A stretch of DNA of 64,000 nucleotides from Botryllus schlosseri (Eukaryota). The DNA lies in contig CM119371.1 of NCBI GenBank assembly GCA_051294905.1, forward strand, positions 2,792,001-2,856,000. The letters are read 5' to 3'. Below are positions 14,259 through 28,690 of the stretch, piece by piece (the first letter of the stretch is position 1; the number at the start of each line of letters is the position of its first letter). Made by a program: the position numbers and the translations under genes. Below the pieces are notes generated by a model. The model did not search any database, was not told where the DNA came from, and was given only the letters and a program-made list of their open reading frames with translations.

Positions 14259-15237
14259 CAGGGGCGTAGACAGGGGGGTAGAATTGTAGAACGTTCTACC
14301 CCCATTCCAGGCTCGATTCTATCCCGAAAATCCCAAGCCAACGCAATTGCTATAACAACATTTCTTCACGATATCTCCTAATTTCAATTTGCTGTGCATG
14401 ACACCGATCGCCGACGCTGATTACATGCCTTTTTCTCGTTGATCTCTCGTCTACGGAAGCGCGTCTATGCAAGCGTGAAATGGGCATTGTCACATTTTTC
14501 TCTCGACGAGGGTAATCGATCAGCTCAATCCCTTTATTCAGAATGTAGTCGTCGAGCAATAATAACATTTGTCGCGTCGTTCACGTGTTGGTTTTCTCAT
14601 CAACAGAGTATTGTAAACGATAACCAACATTAATAACATGAAAATAACTTATAACTGAATGAAATCATGCTTTAAAGCAATCACATCTGATTCGTGCTTT
14701 GCCAAACTCAAGCCTGTTCCCCAAAACAGCGTGAAGACACAATACATTCGATTCGCATTGTCTTGACCTCAATGACCATCTATATGTCATACTAGATTAT
14801 GCCTTTAGTGATCGGTATCCCACTACGACACATTCAGCCTTCAATAGCCGCGCCGAAACTGGTTTGCGATTCCCTCGTTTTGCGAATAAGTCATTATTCA
14901 CACGCTGGTACAATTAGTATATGCGCCATTTTCGAAATGAATGGAATTAAAACGCCGAGAAGACATTACTCTTACACGCGAATTGAATCATGTCAAAATT
15001 CATGAAGATATAAAGGATTCTGCGCTGTATAGATTGTTTGTGGTGAAATGTTGTTCTTGTATTGTTCAAGGTCGATTACTTATTTGAATGCAAATGAGAT
15101 CTCCTGCACTGTCACAGGATGAGCGCGTGCACATCGTAACTTGACCCCGGTGCAAGTTGTTGATTGCTAACATGATCCCCGTGCAAGCTGTTGATTGCTA
15201 ACTCGCTTTCAGTAATTAGATCCGCCAATTAGTTACG
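14259..15237. mobile_element. Insertion specific to the leftmost unit (CAGGGGCGTAG start)
   Basis: Absent at 20830 and 31260; caacagc on both sides; right terminus eroded. Confidence 0.65.
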
Positions 15238-16156
15238 CAACAGCACAAGAGAAAACGAATTAGCACAGTCCGTTATTGCACACCCGAGCACTCACATCTG
15301 ATACATCAGACACCATTGTCTTACAAAACTGATAGCTTGGATGAAATTTGGTCGCGCGAGAAAACGTAATCAGCATGGATCAACTGAAACCCTGACGTTC
15401 GACAAAGCCGTATATTGTTACTATTAATGTTATCGCTGTCAATATTACTGAATTGACGAATAACACTTGTCAATAAAATGAAAAAAAATTTTTTGCAGGA
15501 CATCTAAGAGTAATTTCTGGGGTTTTCAAGGTTACTGATTACGAATATCAAATTGGTTTTTTCCAGATTGACTTTAGTTTAGAAAATACTTGTACCCCAG
15601 AAAAAAATCCCAAATTACTGCATTTACCCCCTAAATATTTCACTTGGTAATAAGTAAATCGCAGCGTTTTTACTTTTATACTGCCCATAAAGAGAGAATA
15701 GACTATGAAGAACGCTCATGTCGTCATCGGTTATTCATACAATGTGTGCATGACCTGCTGTGAGATCTTTGTTTGTCAAAAAAAGAGTTTGTCAAGCCTA
15801 AAAATTGTACTTTTGCACAACAGAAACGCTTGAGTAAGTAGTGCACGTAAGCAGAATTTGTTTGAGTACTTCGGAAAAGTAGGTGGGTAATATGACAATT
15901 CCACTTATAAAATGATGAAAACTTATCCTAGCATGGGGTTACCATACGTCTTCATTTTTGAGGTTTTTGAAAATGTCCTCCGAGGACGCCAAATTGTCCT
16001 CTTTTTTTGGCAAATCGTCCTCCTTTATATCTTTTACAGCTAAGATGATGTACAGATTTGAGTGAAAATGGGCATAAATGACGCTAAATAGGAAATTTGT
16101 GATTCGATCGAAATTAAGGATCATTTTTTAGTCAACCCACCAAATTCATTTTTAAA

Positions 16157-17086
16157 TAGCTGGTTCGTGGTACAGAACTTGAATATAGCTTTCAATACAA
16201 CATCCAATGTAGCAGAATATTTATTATGCTCGAAGACTTTTCGGGTGCCTCTTTTCATGAGTTAACGGCACACTAAAGGGATTGAAACAGATTTAAAAGT
16301 AAAACTAAAAAGGCAAAGTATGACGCAACAATCAAAATCACAGACCATGAAATTCGCATTGTACCAATGGCAACAATAACAAATTATGAAGTATACGGAC
16401 ATACGGTACTATAGTATCAGCGCAATTTGTAAATAAACAGTTACACGCACGAAACAACACGCACTAATGAGAAATTTGTTGGTTACAGAGAAAATCTTTT
16501 TGTCTGCATAAAATAGGTTTGTTCAACTGAATAATAGTAGACTCCAACACTTTTAAATGAAACAAAGACCTACCACGCACAATGACAGTGAAGATATTGT
16601 CATCATAGTGCTGTGCACAGGCGAGGTTTTCACTCAGATGCTGACCGATTGACGAAGCATATGCTTGGTAATCGTCATAGCAGTCTGTTTCGGCAGCCAA
16701 TTTGCACTGACGTGCGAGCTCCGTGCGATCATTTGCGCATGTTTTTGACCGAATCAATTTTGGGATATGCTGCTTAATACGCTCAAACAATCTTTGAGAT
16801 GTACGTCCTACATACCTACTATCACAGTGGCAATTGTTGTTATTCAGTTGAACAAACCTATTTTATGCAGACAAAAAGATTTTCTCTATAACCTACAAAT
16901 TTCTCATTAGTGGGTGTTGTTTTGTGCGTGTAACTGTTTATTCACAAATTGCGCTGCTACTATAGTACCATAAGCCCGTATACTTCATAGTTTGTTATTG
17001 TTGCCTTTGGTACAATGCGAATTTCATGGTCTGTGATTTTGATTGTTGAAGTCATACTTTGCCGTTTGGGTTTTGCTTTTAAATCA
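16157..17086 (-). mobile_element. Penelope-like retroelement relic: GIY-YIG endonuclease fragment with an inverted terminal copy
   Basis: Minus-strand CDSRYVGRTSQRLFERIKQH...SSIGQHL...LKVLESTIIQLNKPILC; 16290-16535 is repeated inverted at 16838-17086. Confidence 0.85.
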
Positions 17087-18275
17087 AGAAAATCAAATAG
17101 TGGAATGGGTCAAGCATGGCTCAACGTTGACGTTTACAGCAAACTTAAAACTATATATATTGTATAAGAAAATTAACTCTAGCCCACTTTTTCTATTCTA
17201 TACTCCGATAACTCCCGCAAACCATCCTCTTGAACAAACAGCTCTTCAATCAATTTGACAAATTTTGCATCGAAAAGGTCGCTGACATATTTCAGTGCTG
17301 CCAGGGTACGAACATTTTTGAAAGATAGACTGGAATCCTGTGAAAATCAAGTGTTGTTAGTTACGTCACAATCACCCAACAACATGACCTAAGATATAGC
17401 CTACGTCCAACCATAAGAGATTAATGTCACGACTCATGACTACTATGGACAAGGCGATGAGATCGCGTTATAAAAATATATCTTGCAAAACGAGTCGACT
17501 GAATTTGCACACATGAACCATGCAAACGCAACATGAATTATATTTACCGAGACTTTCGTGGAGTAAATAACACTCTCCATATCTATTTTGCTCGAAGCAT
17601 GACAGAATTCTGGTCCCTCCCAAAAAACAAAGCCTGAAGTTCTTTATGTTGGTTTCTCTCTCGGTCTATTATTGGAAGTACGCAATACTTTGTTTCATTG
17701 TATTGCAATCGCTTAGTTATTTGAATATAATTTTATTTATTTGAATTGAGAAAAATTAACTATTCGATTCCAACTCGCACTCATCTCACAAGTAGGGCAC
17801 GATATTGATGGTGTCAAGTACCGCTTACTGTCACATTAGTGTTTTACATAAATCAACGCAAAACTGTTTCCAGAATATACCTTGAACGCCCCCACCCCCA
17901 CCACAGAATTTTTCAGTAAACAGTTCAGAATAATAAAAAATATTGCTTGTCTGTTGAAAATTGCGAGAAAAAAACCGCAATCCTTCGATTTTTAATGGAT
18001 GTAATCTAAAATCCTGAATGTACTTGAAAATCAAAGTACAGTGCGACAATTTTTTTTATAAATTCAGTAGGCAAAAAACTCGTTACTTATAAAATCATCA
18101 CAAGTTGTTAGCTTACTATTCTCAACAAAAGCATCTCGTCCTCATGACGCTCATATTGACGTCATAATCTACATCCTGGCTATACTAGACCGCAGAGTCA
18201 TCGCTTCATGTGCCAAGTGTTGTTTACAGCTTGATGCATAGTAAAGTCAGTCAAATGATCGTAATTTCAGTCCAA

Positions 18276-18425
18276 TCATTGATATGGACTCGTTATCGAA
18301 GTTGAATCAACTTGATATCCAACCTTGGAGTCAAAGTGACCTTTAATCCCGTTACCACTTATGTTGATGACATCTTCTTCGTTCTTCAATTCAACCCACC
18401 GTCCATCTACAGACAGCTTGACAAC
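18276..18425 (-). CDS. Module C terminal exon (VVKLSVDGRWVELKNEEDVINISGNGIKGHFDSKVGYQVDSTSITSPYQ*)
   Basis: attcag| acceptor, 49 codons then TGA; ATTAAA on the minus strand at 17991-17996. Confidence 0.72.
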   Translation of the reverse strand, partial: VVKLSVDGRWVELKNEEDVINISGNGIKGHFDSKVGYQVDSTSITSPYQ

Positions 18426-19262
18426 CTGAATATTGTTCAGATGAGAAACTTGAGATTGTGCATTGTATCGCTATTCCACCAAATATCTTGACGTCATATC
18501 GCACATATAGTGACCACCGCAGCATCACAAATCATCATCCGCTATACGTCATCGACACGGGTCACTGATTCTACTGACGTTTATGCTGGTGGTGGCATTT
18601 TGCGACATTTGCGAGCCGATATCCCCGAAAACACTCGTTTATATGAGGTAGGAAGTATATTGGCGGAATCAGGAGAAAAAGTCTACGAATTCAGACGAAG
18701 TTATTTTGGTCAATATAGTGGATCGTAAGCACCCGAAACCGTATTCCTGCATTTACACGAATTCACGAGCGATTTTCGTCTTTTCAATCGGAACGCGAAA
18801 TTGGACAGTTTGCTATTGTGAGCATGTACTTCAAAATAACATGGACATCATAGTGACATCTATAATACGGAGCAAATAAAGAAATGAAGGTAAGAACGCC
18901 GTTATAATCAGGAAATAATTTCGCGATGCGATGTCAGACCTCATTGTGTTGGCCTATTACTAATCAGATCCGCGCTTTCGTGATTAGGACTTATATTCAT
19001 CAGTTGCGTAATAATTCATGTCGACGTGCGCACTCCGGTATTGTCGCGATGCTAGCAATGCTGCTTATTATTGCAGTGACACGCGGCGTTTGATTACCTA
19101 AACGGCCCTAGGTTATTCAAAATATCGATGCACGTATTCTGAATCCATTGAATTTCTTCAACCGGAGACCTGACGCGTTCCAAGCCTCCGCATACCCACA
19201 TAAGATTACGGTTCGGTGTTTATGCTTGTTAGTACACAACTAAATCCTAGAATCGAACTCAC

Positions 19263-19367
19263 TTCCCAATCCAATTTTCCAGATAGCGATTCAATCCGAT
19301 GATGCCCGAGAAATGAACGTAGCGCTGTTGCTGAGAAGTTGTTGTAACGCAAATCCACTTCCTTCAC
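19263..19367 (-). CDS. Module C LRR exon (VKEVDLRYNNFSATALRSFLGHHRIESLSGKLDWE)
   Basis: 105 nt, intact ttccag| and GAA|gtgagt, open frame; paralog of the A and B exons. Confidence 0.75.
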
Positions 19368-20210
19368 CTGGAACGATTGAAATATTTTATGAAACGTTGA
19401 AGAGAACTAAGTGTGAAAATAAGTATGAAATAAAGTGACAAAAATTAAATCACATGAGACGTAATCTATTTAGGTTACTGTCTGTGGATCTTCGATATAG
19501 CCTACATTACAATGCGATATCCTTAGATCATGCTATCGGTAATATCACATTCGCTGTCGGTTTGTACTTCCGGAACATGAGTCGTTTCCAAATATACATA
19601 ATTATAGAGCGCCCTATAGTCGATATGTAGTCCATTATCGCAGATACTATAGAAGTCCTCTTTGTGATTCAAATATGTGAAGCTCGTCACGAAACGTATC
19701 TTTTTTCGTGCATGGCGACAAGTCACACTTCTCGAGGGGATTATCGTTTTCGCGCATTCGATATCGTTTCTGCATCCGATAAATTCATACAGATCAAAAT
19801 CAAAATCATTCCATATTCCGACGGACGTACGATCAACTTATACACACGGCTCATCGTGGCGCTAGCGAGATTGCAATCAAATTGAACTAATTGCTTTCGG
19901 AATGGTATCGGAGTTAATGATGACTAGGGCGATTTTTTTACCTGAATAACGCGAGGATTTTGACCTGAAAAAATTTTTCAACTTAAAAAACTTAATTTCG
20001 ACAAAATATTGCCCTTATGTATGTAAATTAGGTGTTTTCGCACATATTTTCATAATTGTACTACTTATCGTCAGTTTTGGTTGGAGCTGTCTTCCTTACG
20101 AAGTAGTTTGACTCAACAACTGAAAATATTTTACAGGAAAAAACTTCATTTTAACGAAATCTGGACCTATGAAGAATTCCCAGTTACATGACGTATTATG
20201 ATAGAAATAA

Positions 20211-20485
20211 TTAAAATGTGTTGTTGTACATCCAAAGATACTCTCCTACATTCCCGCGTATAAAGTGTCTGTCCATACTAAGTAGCTTGTTAAGAATGAA
20301 GAAAGAACGTTCAACAGCAGCAGCTGGCAACACTGAAGTTGTGCGTACACTGCTGGTGAGAGAGCGTGTTGCTTCATTCTGACAATGTTGTCTACATCGC
20401 AATTTTTATTTTGTGCCCTTCTTGATATAAGAACCAAGGCCCACGCAGTCTTGCTTCCGTTAGGATATTGCGGTACGTTGAGCAT
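20211..20485 (-). pseudogene. hAT-like transposase C-terminal relic carried in each duplication unit (also 13650-13900 and 30690-30964)
   Basis: Frameshifted YAQLQCCQ / AAVERSFxILNKLLxxDRHF, resembling the hAT dimerisation motif. Confidence 0.6.
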
Positions 20486-22340
20486 AACACCATGTCAACC
20501 TATTTGTTTCATTTGACCGGTTATGATTGACAATGAGCAGACAATGGGCCGTCTACAATGGTAGGCCTACAAACTAGGCTACAAGATGTAAAATGATATG
20601 TTCACCGACAGTGCAAACATCTACGATACAAACGAATTGCAAAAAAATTCGAATTTGTAAACAACTTTGACAATTTTTATACCTGACGCTACAATTTTAA
20701 CAAAATATAAACCTTCTTTACAATGTCAAAAAATCGCCCTAATAGTCATAAAATATGTTGAATAGTCTTAAATGGTTGGTACAGTACTTCGGTACTGTCC
20801 ACCTCTGATGTAGATACCGAATAGCAGTACCAGAAACACAAGAGAAAACGAATTAGCACAGTCCGTTATTACTCACCCGAGCACTCACATCTGATACATC
20901 AGACACCATTGTCTTACAAAACTGATCGCTTGGATGAAAATTGATCGCGCGAGAAAACATAATCAGCATGGATCAACTGAAACCCGGACGTTCGACGACG
21001 CCGTATATTGTTACTTTTAATGTTATCGCTGTCAATATTACTGAATTTGGCTGGGCAGAAGTGACGAATGACACTGGTCAATAAAATGAAAAAAATATTT
21101 TTTGCAGGACATCTAAGAGTCATTTCTGGAGTTTTCAAGTTTACTGATTACGAATATCACAATAGTTTTTTTTTTCCCAGATTGACTCTAGTTCAGAAGA
21201 TATTTATACCCCGGGAAAAAAGCCCAAATTACTGTATTTTCCCCTTAAATATTTCACTTGTTAATAAGCAAATTGCAGCGTTTTTACCTTTATAATGCGC
21301 ATAAATAGAGAATAGACTATGAAGAACGCTCAATTCGTCCTCAGTTATTCATTCAATATGAGCATGACCTGCTGTGATATCTTTGTTTGTCAAAAGAAAG
21401 CAGTTTGTCAAGCCTAAAAATTTTACTTTTACACAACAGAACCTCTTGAGTAAGTAGTGCAAGTAAGCAGAATTTGTCTAAGTACTTCGGAAAAGTAGGT
21501 GGTTTATATGAAAATTCCACTTATAGAATGATGAAAACATAACGTTACCATACATTCTCCTTTTTGAGGTTTTTGAAAATGTCCTCCGAGTACGCTCTAT
21601 TTTGGCTGATAAATAGACTGGGGCTATACAGTTTTTACGGGTAGTTTAGCAGTTCCAAGCATGCGTATGCGGTATGATGCCTTTTTGCATGTTTATTTAC
21701 CTGTGTGGCTTATTCGTCCCTCCATTCAAAATATATGGCAACTTTCAAACAGCTATCAGAACGCAATGACGTAATATATGCCTCGTACTTCAAAAAATCA
21801 ACTTGACTTGGATTGTGACTTGAATCGTGACTTGACTTGACTTGACTCGAGTCACCTCGAAAAATCAAGTGACTTGACTTAATTCGAGTCAAAATGTGCA
21901 ATGACTCGAGATGACTCGTGACTCGAACGTAGTGACTTGAGCCCAAAACTGATAGGATTTTGAAAAGGCAAAAGTTGTTTTATGATACGCTTGCATGACT
22001 TTGATGCATGGAATCTTCATAAGAAATCGCCATTAACGTAACTGTTGAATCCATTTTTAATGATTGTTCCTACTTCGGACGCTACTAATCATTATGCATT
22101 ATTTGCGAAGCCACCCCTTGATATTTAAAAAGTAGCCACAACCGATAATCCGCCGAATATTTTCGGTCCCTCCACCGAAACTATTATCGGAACTACTTAC
22201 TTGACTACTTTTCCGACCTGTCGCTTGCTACTTCCACTTGAAGTAGTTTTACACGACTTGTAAGCATTTGATTTTACTTGTGATTGCACATTAGGGGTGT
22301 TCAATCGTACCGGTTACTTGATAAAATTGTTGGGTTACCT

Positions 22341-23838
22341 CAGGGGTTCTCAACTTCCCTTGTATAACGGGCCGCATTTTAACAGCAATTGACGCTGCGG
22401 GCCGCAGAAAAATATTTACATGTATTTGTGGGCTAATGTTAAATTTAGGCTAATGTAGCCTATTTACAAGTCGTATACGGCCATGTACTACGTTTTTATG
22501 CATTCTAAAGCATTAATGGACAGCGAGCGTAAGATTGCAGCTGCTGCTTGTTGTAAGACTATGTATCTTGCATTCGATACCAAGTCTGTATATTCAACTT
22601 CAAACCCTTCCAGCAGAGAACCGAACTCTCTGTTTCAATGCGTGAGACAGCAATTATACAATTGCGGTAACTTTTGCGTTACGGAGGCCATTATCAGTCT
22701 GGTGATCGGGGCCATTTCTGAGCAAACCAATCGGCCCTTTTTCTTTCCAACCAAGCCTTGGCCTTGCAGCAATAATTACAGTAGTCAGCTTTGTCAAGTT
22801 GGCATTTTTGCTAGTCCCCTCCCCACGTTTGCCCAGCCTGCATTTACTCTGCATATACGTCCACTCTGATAAAATTCAACCAGATAATTAGTTATATCGG
22901 CGGATTCGGCGGAGGCTGGGTTGTAGTCTACACGGCAACGTGTTTCAGAATATGCCCTAAAATACCGACTGACATTGATGTTTCTCGTCTGGTCAGTGGT
23001 CACGATTGAACAGACGACTGTATTTTCGCAATTCGTCAGGTGATGTTGTCCTTGCTACCAAGTTCCGGAAACCGCAAATATTTGCACAGAATGTTGAGGT
23101 TTTATGGAAATAACACCTTCTTTAGCAGATTTCTTGGGTTTAGCGATATTCCAGCCAATTTTGAACGATGCGTCTGTAACGTCGTCGGTAATCTTAACAA
23201 CTTTTCGCATTGAGTCTAACACTCTTTAAAAGTGTAGGCCTACTACGTTGCGGAATTCTCTTGAACTTAGAGTCCAGTCGAATACTGATTCAAAACAATA
23301 CCAATCTGAAGTCGAGAATATATCAAGAAGCGAGAACACATTAAAGCACTGGTTCTAAAACTATTTAAGACACGCCTCCGTTTTTGATAGGTAAAATTTA
23401 GTGCCCCTTCTCGTCATATAACAAAATGTAACCAGAATGCTAGCAACACAAACGGCTAGTCCGATGGCAAGGAAGGTTATGGCTGCTGATGAGAGAATTC
23501 TAAAATATGAAATTATGACTATACACCGAGAAATAACTAGGAAACGGAGATAAATTGCGCAGAGCGTAAATTTTTTTGTTCAGTTGACCGCAGCTTCGCA
23601 CCACCCCCCCCCACCCCCCCTCAGATGCTTTCAGGCTCCCAAGGGAGCGCATCCTCCAGTTTGAGAACCACTGCTTTCAAGAATGAGTAATCAAATGAAA
23701 GAGAGACAGTGCGATAAAAGAGCTAAGTATCTAAATTAATTTGTAAAAATACCGTGTCAGAAGTAATATTGCGTTTATAATGAAAGATGTCGCGGGTCGC
23801 AAAATGATCGTCTGCGGGCCGCGGGTTGAGAACCCCTG
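22341..23838 (-). mobile_element. Charlie-type hAT relic present only in the middle duplication unit
   Basis: Ends CAGGGGTTCTCAAC / GTTGAGAACCCCTG, TSD GGTTACCT; decayed transposase-like sequence on the minus strand; empty site at ~32775. Confidence 0.9.
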
Positions 23839-24509
23839 GGTTACCTAATTATATGCTATACACCAAATTTGACGCAATTCCAACCAGTGGCCGCATTGCT
23901 ACAAGAGAAAAAAATTTTGTATTTATTACATAAAAGATATTAAAAAATAAAAAATTTATGTTCACCCCATTATATTGTTAGATTTTGTACAGAAACGTTG
24001 CTCAGCAAAGTTGGCTCAATTCCAACCGGTAGAAGCGGAGTCATTGTAGGTGAAAAATTTGGATTTGAATAAAATAGTATTTGCGGTGGAAAGGTTATCA
24101 TTTTATTCATATCCATCCATCCTTCATGGGATTTTCAAAAGTAGAAAGTAGTTTTATGATACGTTTGTATCACTTTGATGTGTGAAATCGTCATATGAAA
24201 TCGAAATCACCATCAACGTAACGGTTGAATCTATTTTTCAAGATTGTTCCTACTAGTGACGCTTCCAATACTTTTGCGTTATTTCGAAACGTATGCACAA
24301 CCGATAAATTGCCAAATATTTGCGAACCATCGACTTGAAATACTTTTCGAAACTACTTACTCTTGAGTATTTTTCATGCCTTCCATATTCTACTGTCACT
24401 TGAAGGAGTTTTAACAAGTGTTTGAAAGAGTTAATTGTACTTGTAATTAGGTTAGAATTTGAACCAATGCTTCGACTTCGACTTGATCAGCAAGGCTGAC
24501 TACTTAGAC

Positions 24510-25719
24510 CAGTGGTTCCCTACCTTTTTCGGTGTCGGGGCCAAAGTTAGAATTTCCGTGGACGGTCGGGGCCACATGCATACCAGGGCAATAAAACAGA
24601 CACAAAATTGTCATCAAAATGGGAAAATTGGCATTGTTCCGATCAATTGTTCAACGACATTAGCAGTTGTTATGGTCATCGCGTTGCTGCGCTCACATTG
24701 TTCAGACAATCGACCTTTGATGGCTATTTAGGAGTAGTTTTATTGTCATGTCGAGATTTCAATTCCTATTTTTGGAATCAGTGCGACACTATCTTTCGAT
24801 AAAGACCGGACCTATCAAATTATTCGGACGCTTCGGTAGTGAGGAATAGGACTACCGAATATGCAGCTTTCGAGGCCGTTTATAGTGAGTAAGCATTTAC
24901 CGGGCGAAGCGTGGAAATTTTCTGTAATTCATGGTTGAATCGGTCAATATGACAGGGAATGCCATATATATATTGCTATCAATTTTTATCCTCTTTCTGC
25001 TCACGGGTACAGGGACGGGTGCTTACAGATAGAGCCGAGGGAGAGGTGTTTGGAAAGGTAGGATCCTCAATAATAATTAAATATCTTCGGGCGTATACCT
25101 ATTGGCAGGAACGAAACAGCAATTCGTCAGCCCCAGCCCCCCACAAAAAAAACTCGGGTTTTGGGCTCCCATAGGGTGATAAACCGACCCCTATCGCCTT
25201 GTTAGCTTTTGCTACGAAATGAGTTGTATTGTAGAGCGAGCCAGTGCGAGGCGCGAAAATTTTTGATTTGATTTTCATTCATAATCAAATCGCTCAATAT
25301 GGTCGGGAATTGCATATATTGGATGAGTACCCAAAATCAAGATAATTGGCAGCATGAAATCACGCCTAGAGCGACAATTTTTTGAAAAAGATGTATAAAT
25401 TTTCAAAAAATACTCAAATAATTTTGGGACCCCTTCGAGCTCGCCCCCCCCCCACCATTGGGGGGTTTGTAGTACCGCAGTTATTGTCCTATCTATAGCT
25501 ACTGCTCGTTCAACTGGAAAGTTGGGGCACATTGAATCGAAACAGCAGTGACGTAACGTTAGCAGTCTACTCACGACTGTCCTGCAATCCTAAATCCAAA
25601 TTAAAAACTCCAAGCCAAGCAAGTGCATTTTATTAATTTTATTTTTTGTCATAACTCGATTGCTTAATATTTTGGGGTCCGCAAGAAGGCTAGCTGGGGG
25701 CCGCGGTTGGGAATCACTG
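24510..25719. mobile_element. Non-autonomous hAT element, middle unit only
   Basis: Ends CAGTGGTTCCC / GGGAATCACTG, TSD ACTTAGAC; empty site at ~33355. Confidence 0.88.
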
Positions 25720-27346
25720 ACTTAGACCTCTTGTGCGTGAACTCGGGACTCGACTCGCAATATTTGAGACGCAAGTTGAGTAGACATTGGGAATAAAAGG
25801 TTTGAATTGATACCTGCGTCTTACTGCACTGCGCATTCTCTCGTTACTATAAGTATCAAATTCAAAATCTTATCCGCCTTTCGTATTAAATAGTCCTATC
25901 AAAACTAAGGCATTACTAAAACATCATATCCCCACTACTTACATTGCAACAGATACCTTAAACCCTCACATTAAATTGGGCACCTGTACACTTAACACCA
26001 AGAATTATTATAAATTCAAGCACGCACAATATGCGTACCGTTACTTATTTTTGTTTGATATTCAGATATTGATTGCTTGATTACCAACTGGCAGATACAG
26101 TCCAGATGAAAGTAGAAGAAAATCAAATAGTGGAATCGGTCAAGCATGACTCAACGTTACCGTTTACAGCAAACTTAAAACTATATAAATTGTATAAGAA
26201 AAATAACTGTAACCAACCTTTTCTATTCTATACTCTGATAACTCCCGCAAACCATTCTTTCGGACGACCAGGTTTTCAATCAATTTGACAAATTTTGCAT
26301 CAAAAAGGTCACTGACATATTTCAGTGCTGCCAGAGAAAGACCTTTTTTGAAAGATAGAGTGGAACCCTGTGAGGATAAAGTGTTGTCAGTTACGTCACA
26401 ATCTACTACCAACAAGCAAAAAGTTATACGTCCAAGCATGATGAATGAATAATGACTACGGCGGACAAGACGATGAGATCGCGTTATGGAAACATATCTT
26501 GAAAAACCAGTCGACTGAATTTGCACGCATGAACCACGAAACCGCTAAATGAATAATATTGACCGAGACTTTCGTGGAAATACATTACTCCCTCCATATC
26601 TATTTTGCTCGACGCATAACAAGAACCCTCCCCAAAAACAGCGTCTAAAGTTCTTCATCTTGGTCTCTCTCTCTCTCTCTCTCGCTCGCTCGCTCTCTTC
26701 GTCTCTTATTGGAAGTACGTAATACTTTGTTTTATTGTATTGCAATCGTGTGGTTATATGAATTAAATAAATTTTAATATGATTTTACGTACTTGAATTG
26801 AGAAAAATTAACTGTTCGATTCCAACTCGCACTCATTTTACTCGTAGGGCACGTTAAGGATGGTGTCAAGTATCGCTTACTGCCACAATAGTGTTTTACC
26901 GAAATCAAAGCAAAACTGTTTCCAGAATATACCTTGAACGCCCTCACCCCCACCACAGAATTTTTCAGTGAACAGTTCAGAATATTTAAAATGTATTGCC
27001 TGTCTGTTGAAAATTGCGAGAAAAAACCGCAATCCTTCGATTTTTATTGGATGTAATCTTAAATCCTGAATGTGCCTGAAAATCAAAGTACAGTGCCGAC
27101 AATATAAATTCAGCAGGCCAAAAACTCGTTAATTATAAAATCATCACAAGTGGTTAGCTTACTATTCTCAACAAAAGCATCTCGTCTTCATGACGCTCAT
27201 AGTTACGTCATAAGCTATAGACTGGCTATACCAGACGACAAAGCCATCGCTTCACGTACCTAGTATTGTTTAAAGCTTGATGCATAGTAAAGGCAGTAAA
27301 AGAGCGTAATTTCAGTCCGATTATTAGTATGGATTCGTTATCGAAG

Positions 27347-27457
27347 TTAAATCACCTTGATACAGAGGTGACCTTCAACCTTGTCACCACTTATCTTGAC
27401 CACATCTTCTTCGTTCTTCAGTTCAACATTCAATCCATCTACGGTCAGCTTGACAAC
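27347..27457 (-). CDS. Module B terminal exon (VVKLTVDGLNVELKNEEDVVKISGDKVEGHLCIKVI*)
   Basis: Same acceptor as A and C; a net 13-nt deletion shifts frame and gives an earlier TAA. AATAAA on the minus strand at 27043-27048. Confidence 0.6.
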   Translation of the reverse strand, partial: VVKLTVDGLNVELKNEEDVVKISGDKVEGHLCIKVI

Positions 27458-27579
27458 CTGAATATTGTTCACATGTGAAACTTGCGATCGCGCATTACAT
27501 CGATAATCCACCAAAGATTGTGACGTCGTATCGCAGATACACTGACGACCGCAACATCACAGATCATCATCCTCTATCT

Positions 27580-28690
27580 TGGGTATGCGATATGTCCGGA
27601 ATTTTCCGGACAAGTCCAGAATTCCAATGTTCAAACAGCGTCCGGGAGGAAATTTTAAAATATGCCTAAATGTCCGGAATTTTGAAGGCTTGAAGTAGGA
27701 TCAAATTTTTTTCGTAAATCAAAATAAACGATATTATTTTTGAGCAGATTGATGCAACTGGAAATTTTTCTTCGCGCCGTGCGTGATTTAATATGTGGAC
27801 CAACGCCCTCACAAAAAAAGCAATTCTAGATAAATAAATAAAATACCAACCATTTACTGAAATAAGTCTAATTGTGCTCGTAATTATAGGGGAACGGTAT
27901 AATCCTAGAGTAGGTTAAGGCCATTTAGACGCTTTAGTTTAGTAGTCAGTGTTGGGATGACTCGACTCACCTTTTTTGTATGACTTGACTCGGGACACTT
28001 TGCAAAAATGACTTGACTTGACTCGGACCGAAATTAACGAGTCAATTCCAAGTCATCAAATAGTTGGTGTCAATCAAAAGCGCTGCATCTTTCATAAGTT
28101 CGGATACTTCTCAATATGTTGCGTTACTTGCGAGAGCGACCAATTTCATCCATTTAAGGATTTTGCGTTTTACTGAATATCCATTTTCTATCACAAATCA
28201 ATTGACCACGCACAAATTGATTAGAGCTTACATCGTACGTATCTACAATGAAGTTCCAGGCATTTTCGAAGTCATTATCCTTCGACAGGCCCACCACTAA
28301 CTAGGATCATGTGGGCGGAGAGATAGGATCAACATTTTATGGGGATATATGGAAAAATCAATATCATAGACAGCTTTCATTCACAAAATTTAACGACCAG
28401 ATGTATACATGGAAACCATACGCATATACTAAGCACCCCAAAATTTGTATCGAATACCCTATGGTGGGCTTAGGATCAGTGTTTATTTGGGGGGCAGGGA
28501 GCTGGTTGCAACACACAACAACATACTCCGGCTCCTGATCCAAATCGTGACCACCTCTGGTCGATAGGCAAAGCTTTGCTAGAGTGACGTCATATAAACA
28601 GACAATGTGCCATACCTCATTTTAAAATCCACTGGTAGGCGCTACAGAGCGTCCTGAATTTGGTCCACAAAAATATGCGAAATTTATTCT
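27580..28690. mobile_element. Composite MITE insertion in the module B intron
   Basis: About 1.1 kb absent from the paralogous introns (compare 18540 and 35175); tgtccgga subterminal repeats and a nested gactcgact element. Ends approximate. Confidence 0.6.

Noticed and set aside
16225..16290. Hammerhead ribozyme in the Penelope-like 3' end (GTGCC..GGCAC stem followed by GAAA; also 42181-42230)
   Set aside because: The CUGANGA core is not intact in either copy (CTTTAGT, CTTCAGG) and no stem I is evident; a covariance-model search would be needed.
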